Of a stretch of 64,000 nucleotides of DNA, positions 9,897 through 18,471 are shown piece after piece. Where the stretch lies: contig CP064996.1 in the NCBI GenBank assembly GCA_016699995.1, forward strand, positions 626,963 through 690,962, in the 5' to 3' direction. This stretch comes from a bacterium (GTDB lineage Bacteria > Patescibacteriota > Doudnabacteria > UBA920). The notes below the pieces were generated by a model. The model had not been told where the DNA came from and did not search any database. It saw only the letters and a program-made list of their open reading frames with translations. Every line of letters starts with the position of its first letter. Within the stretch, counting starts at the first letter, position 1. The translations under genes were made by a program, and so were the position numbers.

Positions 9897-10386
9897 ATTT
9901 AATTAGCTTAGTCGCTATGTCCATCCCAAATCCTCTACTCATCAATTTGCGCATCCATTTCTGCTTGTCCTCATAATCAAGCTTAGCCAGCAGAGTAAAA
10001 TCCTTAAAATCCCTCTGCAAATATCTTTTGGCAATTTCTAATTCATCCTTTACAGACACCAGCTCTTCTAATTTCTCTTCAATTAATTCCTTCGGCAACT
10101 TTTTTTCGTAAAGCTTTTTCTTCATCATAAACCTACCCCAAGTTTTATAATTTTTCATGCTATTAATAAAAACCTCAGCGTAGTTTTCGTCATTTAAATA
10201 TTTATCCTCAAGCAGTGTCTGAATTGCGCGGTTGATAACTTTTGTATCATAACCGCGCTTGCTCATTTTTTCTTGCACTTCGCCGACTGTGCGCATGCTC
10301 AAATTGAGCAAGAATAAGGCATATTGGTAGGCATGATCGTAGTCGGACGGGTCTTTTAATGGCCGAGCTTTTTTAAACATTGTCAT
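9895..10386 (-). CDS. recX: RecX-family regulatory protein
   Basis: 163 aa helical repeat protein with YALFLLNLSMRTVGEVQEKMSKRGYD...INRAIQTLLEDKYLND, a RecX-like three-repeat architecture. Confidence 0.7.
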   Translation of the reverse strand: MTMFKKARPLKDPSDYDHAYQYALFLLNLSMRTVGEVQEKMSKRGYDTKVINRAIQTLLEDKYLNDENYAEVFINSMKNYKTWGRFMMKKKLYEKKLPKELIEEKLEELVSVKDELEIAKRYLQRDFKDFTLLAKLDYEDKQKWMRKLMSRGFGMDIATKLIK

Positions 10387-10455
10387 ATGATTTAACCGGG
10401 TTTTTCCGTGTTACAATTTAGGTAGATATAGCGTTATTATAGTAGCAGACAGTTC

Positions 10456-10484
10456 TTGACATAGCGACATAAACACGATATAAC
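10456..10484 (+). promoter_or_regulatory. sigma70-like promoter TTGACA-N17-TATAAC upstream of clpC
   Basis: TTGACA at 10456-10461, a 17 nt spacer, then TATAAC at 10479-10484, about 80 nt upstream of the clpC start. Confidence 0.5.
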
Positions 10485-10563
10485 TTAATTAGCAGTCTAA
10501 GAGCGAGAGTGATAACAACACTTTTTCTCGACCGCCAACTAGGGCGGAGGCGCTACTATATAT

Positions 10564-13116
10564 ATGAATAATTTTGCTTTTATTTTAGAAAGGCTTTCCA
10601 GCCGTGCCAAAAATGCGCTTATTGCAGCGCAGATGGTATCCGAAGAACTCCACCACGATCACATCGGGACGGAGCATTTATTGTTTGGGGTGGTTGCAGA
10701 AAAGTCCAGCTTTGCCGGGGAGATCTTAACCAAAGCCAAACTTACGCCAGATCTAATCAAATCAGAACTAGAACTTGTTAACCAAAATAACCAAATCACG
10801 GTTTGGAAACCGGTTCTTTCTGCGAATTTAAAAACCGCGATCGAAAAATCGGCTATCATCGCCAGCCAATACGGTTACCAATTTATCGGCACCGAACATT
10901 TCTTGTACGGACTCATTACCACAGAGCACAACCGAGCGCGGGTGATTTTATCTAAGCTTGGAGTTGACATTGGCGAACTTGACCACAACCTAATTACAGT
11001 TTTCGAAAATATTTCTAAATTCCCAGAGATGCCAAATGATGGCATGCCGGGCGGTGCGCAAAACCCAGACGGTCATATGCATCAGTCCCCTGTCGGACCA
11101 GATCCGAAGCGCGGCAACATGCTGGAATATTTTACGACCGACTTAACCAAGAAAGCCGCACAAGGAAATATTGATCCGGTTATTGGACGCAAAAAGGAAA
11201 TTGAACGCTTGGTGAGCATTCTTGGCCGACGTACTAAAAACAACCCGGTCCTCATCGGTGAAGCCGGCGTCGGTAAAACTGCTATTGTTGAGGGTTTGGC
11301 TTTAGCTATCGCCAACCGCGAAGTGCCAGATACTTTATTAGATAAAAAAATCATGGCGTTAGACTTAGCGCTGATTGTTGCCGGTTCGATGTTCCGCGGC
11401 GAATTCGAAAACCGCTTAAAGCAGATTATTGATGAAGTTAAAGCTAATCCAAACGTAATTCTATTTATAGACGAACTCCACACCCTGTCTGGCGCCGGAG
11501 CAACCACCGGCAGTTTAGATGCAGCTAACATCTTTAAGCCGGCCTTGGCACGCGGGGAGCTTCGCACCATTGGTGCGACTACTTTAGCCGAATACAAAAA
11601 GCACATCGAACATGACGCCGCCTTAGAGCGCCGCTTCCAGCCAATCTTGGTCGAAGAACCAAGCAAGGAAGAGGCTTTGGCTATTCTTAAAGGAATCCGC
11701 CCAAATTACGAAAAACACCATAACGTTCATATTACCGACGAAGCGCTGCAAGCAGCCGTAGACTTGTCCGACCGCTACATTCAGGATCATTTCCTGCCAG
11801 ACAAAGCTGTGGACCTAGTAGACGAAACTGCCGCGTTTTTGCGCAGCATTCACAGTAATTCAAAATTGGCCAAAACTAAGCGCAAAGTAGAAACCGAATT
11901 AGAGCAATTAGAAGAAGAGAAAACTAAAGCAGTGCTCTCACAAGACTTTACCACTGCCCTGCACCTGCGCGCACAGGAAGAGCGCCTGTTAGCTCAGAAA
12001 AAGGAACTGGAAACATTGAGCAAGGAAGACACAGGTCCGGTCTATTCCATCTCGGCTGAAGACATTGCCCACACAGTTTCTTTGATGACTAAAATCCCCT
12101 TAAAGAAGCTGGCCCAAAACGAAATCGGCAAGCTTACTAATTTAGAAAAGACTTTAAAGGCCCGTATTGTCGGCCAAGACGAAGCACTCGTCGAAATCGC
12201 CAAGACTATCCGCCGCTCCCGTGCCGGCTTAAACGACCCTAAACGCCCAATTGGCTCTTTCATGTTCCTCGGTCCGACCGGCGTGGGCAAAACCGAAACA
12301 GCCAAGATGATAGCGCAGGAAGTTTTCGAAGATGCCGATGCTCTCATCCGCGTAGATATGTCTGAATTTATGGAACGCCACAACGTTGCGCGCTTAATCG
12401 GCGCTCCGGCCGGCTATGTAGGATACGAAGAAGGCGGCCGCTTAACCGAGGCTGTTCGCCGAAAACCCTATGCAGTAATCTTGTTCGACGAAATCGAAAA
12501 AGCCCATCCCGAAGTGTTCAACGTTTTGCTTCAGATCTTAGAAGACGGCCAGCTAACTGACGCGCAAGGCAAGCGTGTCAACTTCGCCAATACGGTCATC
12601 ATTATGACTTCCAACTTGGGCATGCAGGAACTTAATACCGCCAGCGTCAAGATCGGCTTCGCAGACCGCGACGAACAGGTCACAGAAAAAGCCAAAATGG
12701 AAAAGGAATACGATCGCATCAAGGAAGGCTTGCTCGAAAAGCTTAGGAGAGACCTGCGTCCGGAATTCCTAAACCGCATCGACAAAGTGATTATCTTCCA
12801 CCCTCTCGGTATGGCTGACCTCAAACGCATTACCCAGCTACAGATTAGCGACCTTCAGAAGCGCCTAGATATTCAAAAGATAAGCTTAAAAACAACTCCA
12901 GCTCTGATAAAGTTCATCTCCGAAAAAAGCTTCGATCCGCTCCAAGGGGCACGCTATATTCGAAAAAATGTTCAGGATTTAATTAGCGACCCGCTGGCTG
13001 AACAGATCATTCAGCAAAACCTCAAAGAAGGCGCAACGATTACAGTTGGCGTAGACGGCGAAAAAGTTTCGTTTAAAACCGAAAAAAGCAAACGCGCCGC
13101 TGCTGTACCAGCGTAA
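10564..13116 (+). CDS. clpC: Clp/Hsp100 AAA+ chaperone ClpC/ClpB-type (two AAA modules, Clp_N repeats)
   Basis: Two N-terminal Clp_N repeats (HIGTEHLLFGVV; IGTEHFLYGLI). Walker A GEAGVGKTAIVEGLA and second GPTGVGKTETAK. Short middle coiled coil. 850 aa. Confidence 0.9.
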   Translation: MNNFAFILERLSSRAKNALIAAQMVSEELHHDHIGTEHLLFGVVAEKSSFAGEILTKAKLTPDLIKSELELVNQNNQITVWKPVLSANLKTAIEKSAIIASQYGYQFIGTEHFLYGLITTEHNRARVILSKLGVDIGELDHNLITVFENISKFPEMPNDGMPGGAQNPDGHMHQSPVGPDPKRGNMLEYFTTDLTKKAAQGNIDPVIGRKKEIERLVSILGRRTKNNPVLIGEAGVGKTAIVEGLALAIANREVPDTLLDKKIMALDLALIVAGSMFRGEFENRLKQIIDEVKANPNVILFIDELHTLSGAGATTGSLDAANIFKPALARGELRTIGATTLAEYKKHIEHDAALERRFQPILVEEPSKEEALAILKGIRPNYEKHHNVHITDEALQAAVDLSDRYIQDHFLPDKAVDLVDETAAFLRSIHSNSKLAKTKRKVETELEQLEEEKTKAVLSQDFTTALHLRAQEERLLAQKKELETLSKEDTGPVYSISAEDIAHTVSLMTKIPLKKLAQNEIGKLTNLEKTLKARIVGQDEALVEIAKTIRRSRAGLNDPKRPIGSFMFLGPTGVGKTETAKMIAQEVFEDADALIRVDMSEFMERHNVARLIGAPAGYVGYEEGGRLTEAVRRKPYAVILFDEIEKAHPEVFNVLLQILEDGQLTDAQGKRVNFANTVIIMTSNLGMQELNTASVKIGFADRDEQVTEKAKMEKEYDRIKEGLLEKLRRDLRPEFLNRIDKVIIFHPLGMADLKRITQLQISDLQKRLDIQKISLKTTPALIKFISEKSFDPLQGARYIRKNVQDLISDPLAEQIIQQNLKEGATITVGVDGEKVSFKTEKSKRAAAVPA

Positions 13117-13126
13117 CCTAATAATA

Positions 13127-13151
13127 AAACCCCTCACTTAGAGGGGTTTTT
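13127..13151. terminator. bidirectional rho-independent terminator
   Basis: AAAACCCCTC-actta-GAGGGGTTTTT between convergent clpC and the VOC gene. Confidence 0.7.
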
Positions 13152-13505
13152 ACATGCCTGCTGGTCGAAAAGAAGGTTATTAATAATGACGGTATTACCG
13201 TCTGGATCCACTATGTGCAATCCTCGTTTTTCGAAATCTGAGACCTGTGCACTTTGGGTAAACGAACCTAAGATGAGCCTTTTGATGACCATGCCTAGCT
13301 CCTTTGTGCCAAATTCAAACCTATATCTGCTCTGGTACTGTTCGGATGGGTAGAATTCGATGAGAACATTGTTCATCTTGCAGGAAAAGTGCTGCGGACC
13401 ATCGCCATGCTTTTCTTCTATTAAATCCAAGCCAATCGCCTTGTAAAAATCTCGCATGCGGCTTAGCTGTCTTGTATAAACAACCATGCTTAACAATCTT
13501 GCCAT
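13134..13505 (-). CDS. VOC/glyoxalase-bleomycin resistance family protein
   Basis: The ORF runs to 13526, but a GAAGGAGGGG RBS precedes the second ATG (MARLLSMVVYT...). Small beta-alpha-beta VOC-like fold, about 123 aa. Confidence 0.65.
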   Translation of the reverse strand: MARLLSMVVYTRQLSRMRDFYKAIGLDLIEEKHGDGPQHFSCKMNNVLIEFYPSEQYQSRYRFEFGTKELGMVIKRLILGSFTQSAQVSDFEKRGLHIVDPDGNTVIINNLLFDQQACKNPSK

Positions 13506-13580
13506 ATCCCCTCCTTCGTTTTCCACTTATCTTATCATAGCTTGAATGAATCTTGAACCCAAGCATGCGATGATGAGTAT

Positions 13581-14267
13581 ATGCCCAACTTTTATCCATC
13601 GCTATTGGACATTGCCTTCCCTAAACAGTGTCTCAACTGCCAAACCTGGGGAAAGTACATCTGCAGACTCTGCAGGCAAGGTTTAACATTGATCCAACAA
13701 CAACGTTGCATAGTGTGCCAACAGCCGAGCCAAATGGGATACACTCATGCAGATTGCAAAACAGATCATACCCCCGACAGGTTGATTAGTATTTTTAAAT
13801 ATCAGGACAAGCTGGTTAGCAAGATGCTGAACACCGGGAAAATCGGTTTAATCTCCGACCTGTTTTTCGAGCTGGCATCAATAGGATTCGAAAAAGTTGA
13901 TGTTAGATATCAAAGTTTAGATAAATTCGTACTTTGCCCCATCCCGTTGACCCGGTTTAAAAAACGGTTTCGCGGCTTTAACCAAAGTTATATCATTGCA
14001 CAAATCTTTAGCTGGCGCTTTAACTTGGCTATTGACCCTGTTCTGATCAAATCAAAATCCACCAGACAGCAAAAACAACTCAACCGCCAGCAGCGCCAGG
14101 AAAATTTAACAGAAAGTTTTTCCATCAGCGACCCAAGTTATCTGCCGCGCCAAGTTCTACTAATAGATGATATTACCACGACAGGTTCAACTTTTATCGA
14201 AGCCGCTCGGGAATTAAAGGCAAATGGCGTAAAAACAGTCTGGTGCTTAGCTCTGGCCCAAGATTAA
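13581..14267 (+). CDS. comFC: ComF-family protein (double zinc-ribbon + phosphoribosyltransferase domain)
   Basis: N-terminal CLNCQ...CRLC...CIVCQ zinc ribbons. C-terminal PRTase motif VLLIDDITTTGSTF. Confidence 0.8.
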   Translation: MPNFYPSLLDIAFPKQCLNCQTWGKYICRLCRQGLTLIQQQRCIVCQQPSQMGYTHADCKTDHTPDRLISIFKYQDKLVSKMLNTGKIGLISDLFFELASIGFEKVDVRYQSLDKFVLCPIPLTRFKKRFRGFNQSYIIAQIFSWRFNLAIDPVLIKSKSTRQQKQLNRQQRQENLTESFSISDPSYLPRQVLLIDDITTTGSTFIEAARELKANGVKTVWCLALAQD

Positions 14268-14320
14268 CCAAGACCACATTGACCAACGCTGTATTTTTAG
14301 ATAAGATAGTAAGGATTTAT

Positions 14321-14414
<94 letters not shown>

Positions 14415-14418
14415 GAAA

Positions 14419-14446
14419 ACAATCACAGCAATGTGATTGTTTTTTG
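14419..14446 (+). terminator. rho-independent terminator after tRNA-Ser
   Basis: ACAATCACA-gcaa-TGTGATTGT followed by TTTTTT. Confidence 0.6.
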
Positions 14447-14450
14447 TTAA

Positions 14451-14482
14451 ATAAAAAACACGGAAATATTCCGTGTTATTTG
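14451..14482. terminator. hairpin terminator (serves minus-strand 14476 gene)
   Basis: AACACGGAA-ata-TTCCGTGTT flanked by A/T runs on both strands. Confidence 0.5.
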
Positions 14483-14793
14483 TCTTCAAAGCGATAGTAC
14501 ATTACTGCACGCCGCGGGATCCTGCGGATAATATGACGCGTTTTACCCGGCGCTATCTTTTCTACTTTGCCTCGATCTTCCGCCGTGATATTACAGATGG
14601 TAACAAACATCACCTCTTTCATCTTGTTGGTTACTGAAAATTTAGTTGAATAATTTGCTGCGCGTCCCAAGTTCACGTTGAGTTTGTTGGAAATAGACGC
14701 ACCTGTAGCGTGGGCCAAATCGAAGGTAATCGCGTCCCACTTAAACCCATCTTCTAAATCGTAGCCTTGCCCAAACCCTGCTGGAAAACCCAT
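14476..14793 (-). CDS. hypothetical protein (105 aa), divergent from the Ubl operon
   Basis: GGAGGA RBS 7 nt upstream. No recognisable domain. Confidence 0.6.
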   Translation of the reverse strand: MGFPAGFGQGYDLEDGFKWDAITFDLAHATGASISNKLNVNLGRAANYSTKFSVTNKMKEVMFVTICNITAEDRGKVEKIAPGKTRHIIRRIPRRAVMYYRFEDK

Positions 14794-14845
14794 AATCTTT
14801 CCTCCTGAAAAATCAATTACTAACTAAAGAGTTTACCGCTCTTTA

Positions 14846-14876
14846 ATGGTATCGTCAAGAATGGTATCGTCAAGCC
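14846..14876. repeat. perfect tandem direct repeat AATGGTATCGTCAAG x2 in divergent intergenic region
   Basis: 14846-14860 and 14861-14875 are identical 15-mers, located between the 14476(-) gene and the E2-like gene. Candidate operator. Confidence 0.6.
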
Positions 14877-14964
14877 GGGTGATTGTTTTTGTTGACCAAA
14901 TTATATTTTTATGATTCAATCAAAGGTCAGCATACGCTGAAAAACATCTTCAACAGGAGGAAGT

Positions 14965-16641
14965 ATGGATCTTAACGTTGTAATGACTTCGGCAAGAATA
15001 CCAGCCGTAGTGAGCCAAGCTACTGAAGAAGTAGCCAAAAGGGTTCTATCGAGAGCTATGAAAGCTTCTAATGTTCATACGGTAAATATCATAGACCGGG
15101 ATACACAGCCACTTAAGCCACGCTATCCCGATGGCGGCTTCAACATTTTTCTAGACAGTTACATACTGACGCCTTACTCAATGTCCGGCAAAGTATTGGC
15201 CCCGGATCAGATCTGGAAAACCACCTCCAATATGTATGACAATCATCTCATGTACACCCCTTCGGGTGAAGGCATGCTGATAATTGATTCTACCAGCGAC
15301 ACGGTCGTAGCTGAGTATACGGACTACAACCTATATATCTTACTTGATCCGTATGCCCTATGCTGCATTGCAAACAGAGGATGGTTGTATATCTTTGAGC
15401 AAATTCTCAAGGAAACTCTGCTATATCTTCCAGCCGGACCTCCGCAAATTTGCGAGATCTACGATGGCCGGTTCAGGATCCCTAAGATTGCCGACATTAA
15501 GGATATGGTCGGCGACCTCAGATACCTACGCGATCAGTTAGCCAAACATGTAGGAACAGGGACAGAATTGTACGATCAACTGGCAAAAATTTCCGATACG
15601 GACCCAAGCGAACGGGTACTAAAACAGCTCGCCAGGATCCCGGAAATTAAAACCATGTCCATAAAAAAGCAAAGCATTACAATCGTCACCTATACCATGT
15701 ACGCTGAAGATCGTAGCCGGCATAAAATTCATGAACTTGGCCCTTTCCGGATAACTTTGAACTTCGGCGAAAATGCCAGTGCGGAATTCAGAAATCAAGG
15801 GCACAGATATGGCGGTTACGGACACCCTCACGTTGATAGGGACCGGGAAGGATACTGGTGCATGGGAGAAGGCTCAGCTATCCTTGACTTGCTAAAAACC
15901 TTTGAGTTCGAAGCAGCTATCTTGTTTGCCATCAAGGCAATTGAGTCAGTCAATCCTCGTCCTGACTATCTTAGCATCTTAAGACAGTTTCCCATTGTGG
16001 AAGAAAGGTTAAAATACCCCAAAGCAGAAGCAGAGTTGGACGAACACTCAAAAGAATCCTTTCTAAAAATGTACAGCGACGATAATGACGGCATTCACAA
16101 GCGGATTCTAGGTAAAATTCGTAATTTCCAAAACTCCGCGAAAGGTGCTCAAAGTGAATTATTTCTAAGCGTATTCGGTTCCACTCTCATAAAAGAGCTT
16201 GCCGACCCGAATGGTGCCAGGAACTTAACCGAGAAGCTACAAAGCCAGATTAAGGAGCTTAAAGACTTCCCATGGGTAGATAGAGTCACTATTCGAGACG
16301 ATCTTGTTGGCGTTCGAACTGTCTCGATGGTCATTACAGATACAGACACCCAGGAAAAATTCAGAGTCGGACCATTTGGTATTGCTTATAATTTCTCTGA
16401 TGGCACAGTGAAGGTGCAAAGCGAACGACCGTTCATGGTCAACGGGCAAATCTACCAGGCTCCCCAGATCCCCAATGAAGATGGCGACCTGATACTCAGC
16501 CAGCTCACGATGACTCTCCCAGAACTGATGGGAGAGCTAGAAGTAGCAACCTGTACAGAGCTGTTTGTAAATTACATCGCCACTTTCTCTAGCGTAACCC
16601 TCGGAGTCAAACCCCCGGAAACGCTAAGAGTGATTAAATAG
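14965..16641 (+). CDS. large multi-domain protein with central E2/UBC-like domain (HPH...C active-site loop)
   Basis: RBS AGGAGGAAGTATG. Residues about 240-330: beta-meander (SITIVTYTMY, HKIHELGPFRITLNF), then GHPHVDRDREGYWCMGEGSAILDLL, then helix ending ...AIKAIESVNP. This matches the UBC HPN-x(n)-G-x-I-C-L...PNP topology. The flanking N-terminal (~230 aa) and C-terminal (~220 aa) regions are unassigned. Confidence 0.6.
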   Translation: MDLNVVMTSARIPAVVSQATEEVAKRVLSRAMKASNVHTVNIIDRDTQPLKPRYPDGGFNIFLDSYILTPYSMSGKVLAPDQIWKTTSNMYDNHLMYTPSGEGMLIIDSTSDTVVAEYTDYNLYILLDPYALCCIANRGWLYIFEQILKETLLYLPAGPPQICEIYDGRFRIPKIADIKDMVGDLRYLRDQLAKHVGTGTELYDQLAKISDTDPSERVLKQLARIPEIKTMSIKKQSITIVTYTMYAEDRSRHKIHELGPFRITLNFGENASAEFRNQGHRYGGYGHPHVDRDREGYWCMGEGSAILDLLKTFEFEAAILFAIKAIESVNPRPDYLSILRQFPIVEERLKYPKAEAELDEHSKESFLKMYSDDNDGIHKRILGKIRNFQNSAKGAQSELFLSVFGSTLIKELADPNGARNLTEKLQSQIKELKDFPWVDRVTIRDDLVGVRTVSMVITDTDTQEKFRVGPFGIAYNFSDGTVKVQSERPFMVNGQIYQAPQIPNEDGDLILSQLTMTLPELMGELEVATCTELFVNYIATFSSVTLGVKPPETLRVIK

Positions 16642-16646
16642 AACAA

Positions 16647-16670
16647 CCCCTGTTATTTACAGGGGTTTTT
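16647..16670 (+). terminator. intra-operon rho-independent terminator/attenuator
   Basis: CCCCTG-ttattta-CAGGGG plus TTTTT directly after the E2-like stop. Followed by TTGACA(16673)-N17-TACTAT. Confidence 0.6.
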
Positions 16671-16672
16671 AC

Positions 16673-16701
16673 TTGACAAAAGGCTTCTCCCCCGCTACTA
16701 T
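16673..16701 (+). promoter_or_regulatory. sigma70-like promoter for JAB-E1-Ubl genes
   Basis: TTGACA at 16673-16678, a 17 nt spacer, then TACTAT at 16696-16701. RBS AAGGAGGA at 16713-16720. Confidence 0.45.
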
Positions 16702-16727
16702 AAACAGCTATAAAGGAGGACATATGC

Positions 16728-17759
16728 ATGGGCAAAAAGAATAAGCCAGACAAGAAATCGGAAGATGGTCCTGAGATGGAAACTGCTAATAATGAATCGG
16801 CAAATAAAGCCAAAAACGCAGCCGAGGCGGAGCAAGCAGAGGAAGCGGTAAGCGAAGCTGTCGATGATGGGGAGGTTCTGGAATTACCGGAAGCACCACA
16901 AGCGGAAACCAAAACTGCAGGCCAGCAAAACGAAGAAACAATAATCGAAGTTCTGGAAGCCGAAGTTGTTGTGGAGACCAAGCCTGAACAAGCAGAACCA
17001 GATGAAGAGGAAGAGGAAGGAAAAGAGGAACCTCCTCAATATACCTATCACTGGGATCTTGCCAGGCGACCGGCTCAAGATTTTAAAAAACCTCGTTACT
17101 TTGCAACCAGCGCCGAATTGCTCAGAGTTCCTGCAACGATTCCCGTTATCCACGTCAGCTTATTCGCAGCTATGAAGATGTATCTCATGCTCAGTTATAT
17201 CGAGCAAGAGATTGGCTGGCTGGGAACGGCATACAGGCACAACGAGAAAGATTTTCGAATCGCCGATGTATTTATCTTTCATCAAGATATCAGTGCAGGG
17301 CACTCGGAGCTGTCAAAAACCAGCATGGCTGACTTCATCTGTGAAATGATGGGCACACCAGATGGTGAAGAGATCTTCAATAACACCAAATTTTGGGGAC
17401 ACTCTCATGGCTCCGGCGGCACATTCCCCTCCGGCCAAGACGACACGCAGGCTGAGTCCTTCGCTCAGGGCGGAGAAGATTTCTTTATTCGAGGAATTTT
17501 CAATCGACAAGGGGATATGAACTTCAGCGTCTACGACTGGGAAAAAGGGATAGCCTTTCACAGGATACCTTGGCTCATTCAAGCTGCGCCTGCGGATATG
17601 CCGGCTGATACCTATGACCGACTGAAAGAGTTTATTCTGCAGGAGATGAAAACCAAAGTCGTCCATCGCCGAAAGGTATACAAACACAAGCGCGGACGAA
17701 TATCTAAACGCGGTAAATCATGGATAGAACGGACGTTCGACACATGGCTTGGAGGATAA
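16728..17759 (+). CDS. JAB/MPN (JAMM) metalloprotease with acidic low-complexity N-terminal region
   Basis: Complete JAMM motif: E (IEQEIGW) ... HSHGSGGTFPSGQDD, which is HxH-x7-S-xx-D. The N-terminal ~100 aa is E/A/K-rich. Confidence 0.8.
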   Translation: MGKKNKPDKKSEDGPEMETANNESANKAKNAAEAEQAEEAVSEAVDDGEVLELPEAPQAETKTAGQQNEETIIEVLEAEVVVETKPEQAEPDEEEEEGKEEPPQYTYHWDLARRPAQDFKKPRYFATSAELLRVPATIPVIHVSLFAAMKMYLMLSYIEQEIGWLGTAYRHNEKDFRIADVFIFHQDISAGHSELSKTSMADFICEMMGTPDGEEIFNNTKFWGHSHGSGGTFPSGQDDTQAESFAQGGEDFFIRGIFNRQGDMNFSVYDWEKGIAFHRIPWLIQAAPADMPADTYDRLKEFILQEMKTKVVHRRKVYKHKRGRISKRGKSWIERTFDTWLGG

Positions 17760-17762
17760 AGG

Positions 17763-18461
17763 ATGCTGGATACAATAAGGCACATTGATGTTTTTTCTGC
17801 GGCTCAGTTTGGAGACCTTCGCGTTGACATTATCGGCGCTGGCGCTACCGGCTCCCGGATAGCGTTAGAGCTGGCAAAGCTAGGCCTCTCGAACATTCAC
17901 GTTTGGGATTTTGACAAAATCGAATCCCATAATGTCCCCAACCAAGTCTACGGCAACAATCATATTGGCGAAGTCAAGGTGGAGGCATTAAAGAGGATCA
18001 TCGAAGAGCAAACGGGCACCGTCATCACTTGCCACGAGGCAAGAGTCGACGGCACTCAGGAACTTGGAGATGTGGTATACTTGCTAACTGACACTATGGC
18101 CTCCAGGCAGGAAATCTGGAAGAATGGTCTGAGGTACAAGCCTCGGACTAAACTGATGATAGAAACTCGCATGGGTGCCAATAGCGGTCGAGTCTACTGT
18201 GTTAACCCTTCTTCTCCCAAGGACGTGAAGGGATGGGAAGCAACTTTATATTCTGATGATGTGGCAGTAGTTTCTGCCTGCGGAACTAGCATAACAGTTG
18301 GAGCAACCGCAGCTATGGTTACGGGCTATGCCGTTTGGCAGCTGATCCGTTGGCACAAAGCAGAAACAAGTTTAAAGGAAAACAAGGAACCTGATGACCG
18401 ACCCGAGAATGAATTAATTTTTTCGGTTCAGCCAGCAATGGTTAATACGTCTGACTTTTAG
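17763..18461 (+). CDS. E1-like ubiquitin-activating enzyme (ThiF/MoeB family, minimal)
   Basis: Rossmann IIGAGATGSRIALELAKLG. ThiF motif WDFDKIESHNVPNQ (D-x-D-x-hE-xSNLNRQ). Candidate catalytic Cys in SACGTSITVGATAAM. RBS GGAGGATAAAGGATG. Confidence 0.8.
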   Translation: MLDTIRHIDVFSAAQFGDLRVDIIGAGATGSRIALELAKLGLSNIHVWDFDKIESHNVPNQVYGNNHIGEVKVEALKRIIEEQTGTVITCHEARVDGTQELGDVVYLLTDTMASRQEIWKNGLRYKPRTKLMIETRMGANSGRVYCVNPSSPKDVKGWEATLYSDDVAVVSACGTSITVGATAAMVTGYAVWQLIRWHKAETSLKENKEPDDRPENELIFSVQPAMVNTSDF

Positions 18462-18471
18462 GAGGAAAGAA

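Noticed and set aside
10400-10563. CtsR-type operator (tandem GGTCAAA heptads) upstream of clpC, as in Firmicutes.
   Set aside because: No tandem GGTCAAA-like heptad repeat is present. There is only a sigma70-like TTGACA-N17-TATAAC promoter.
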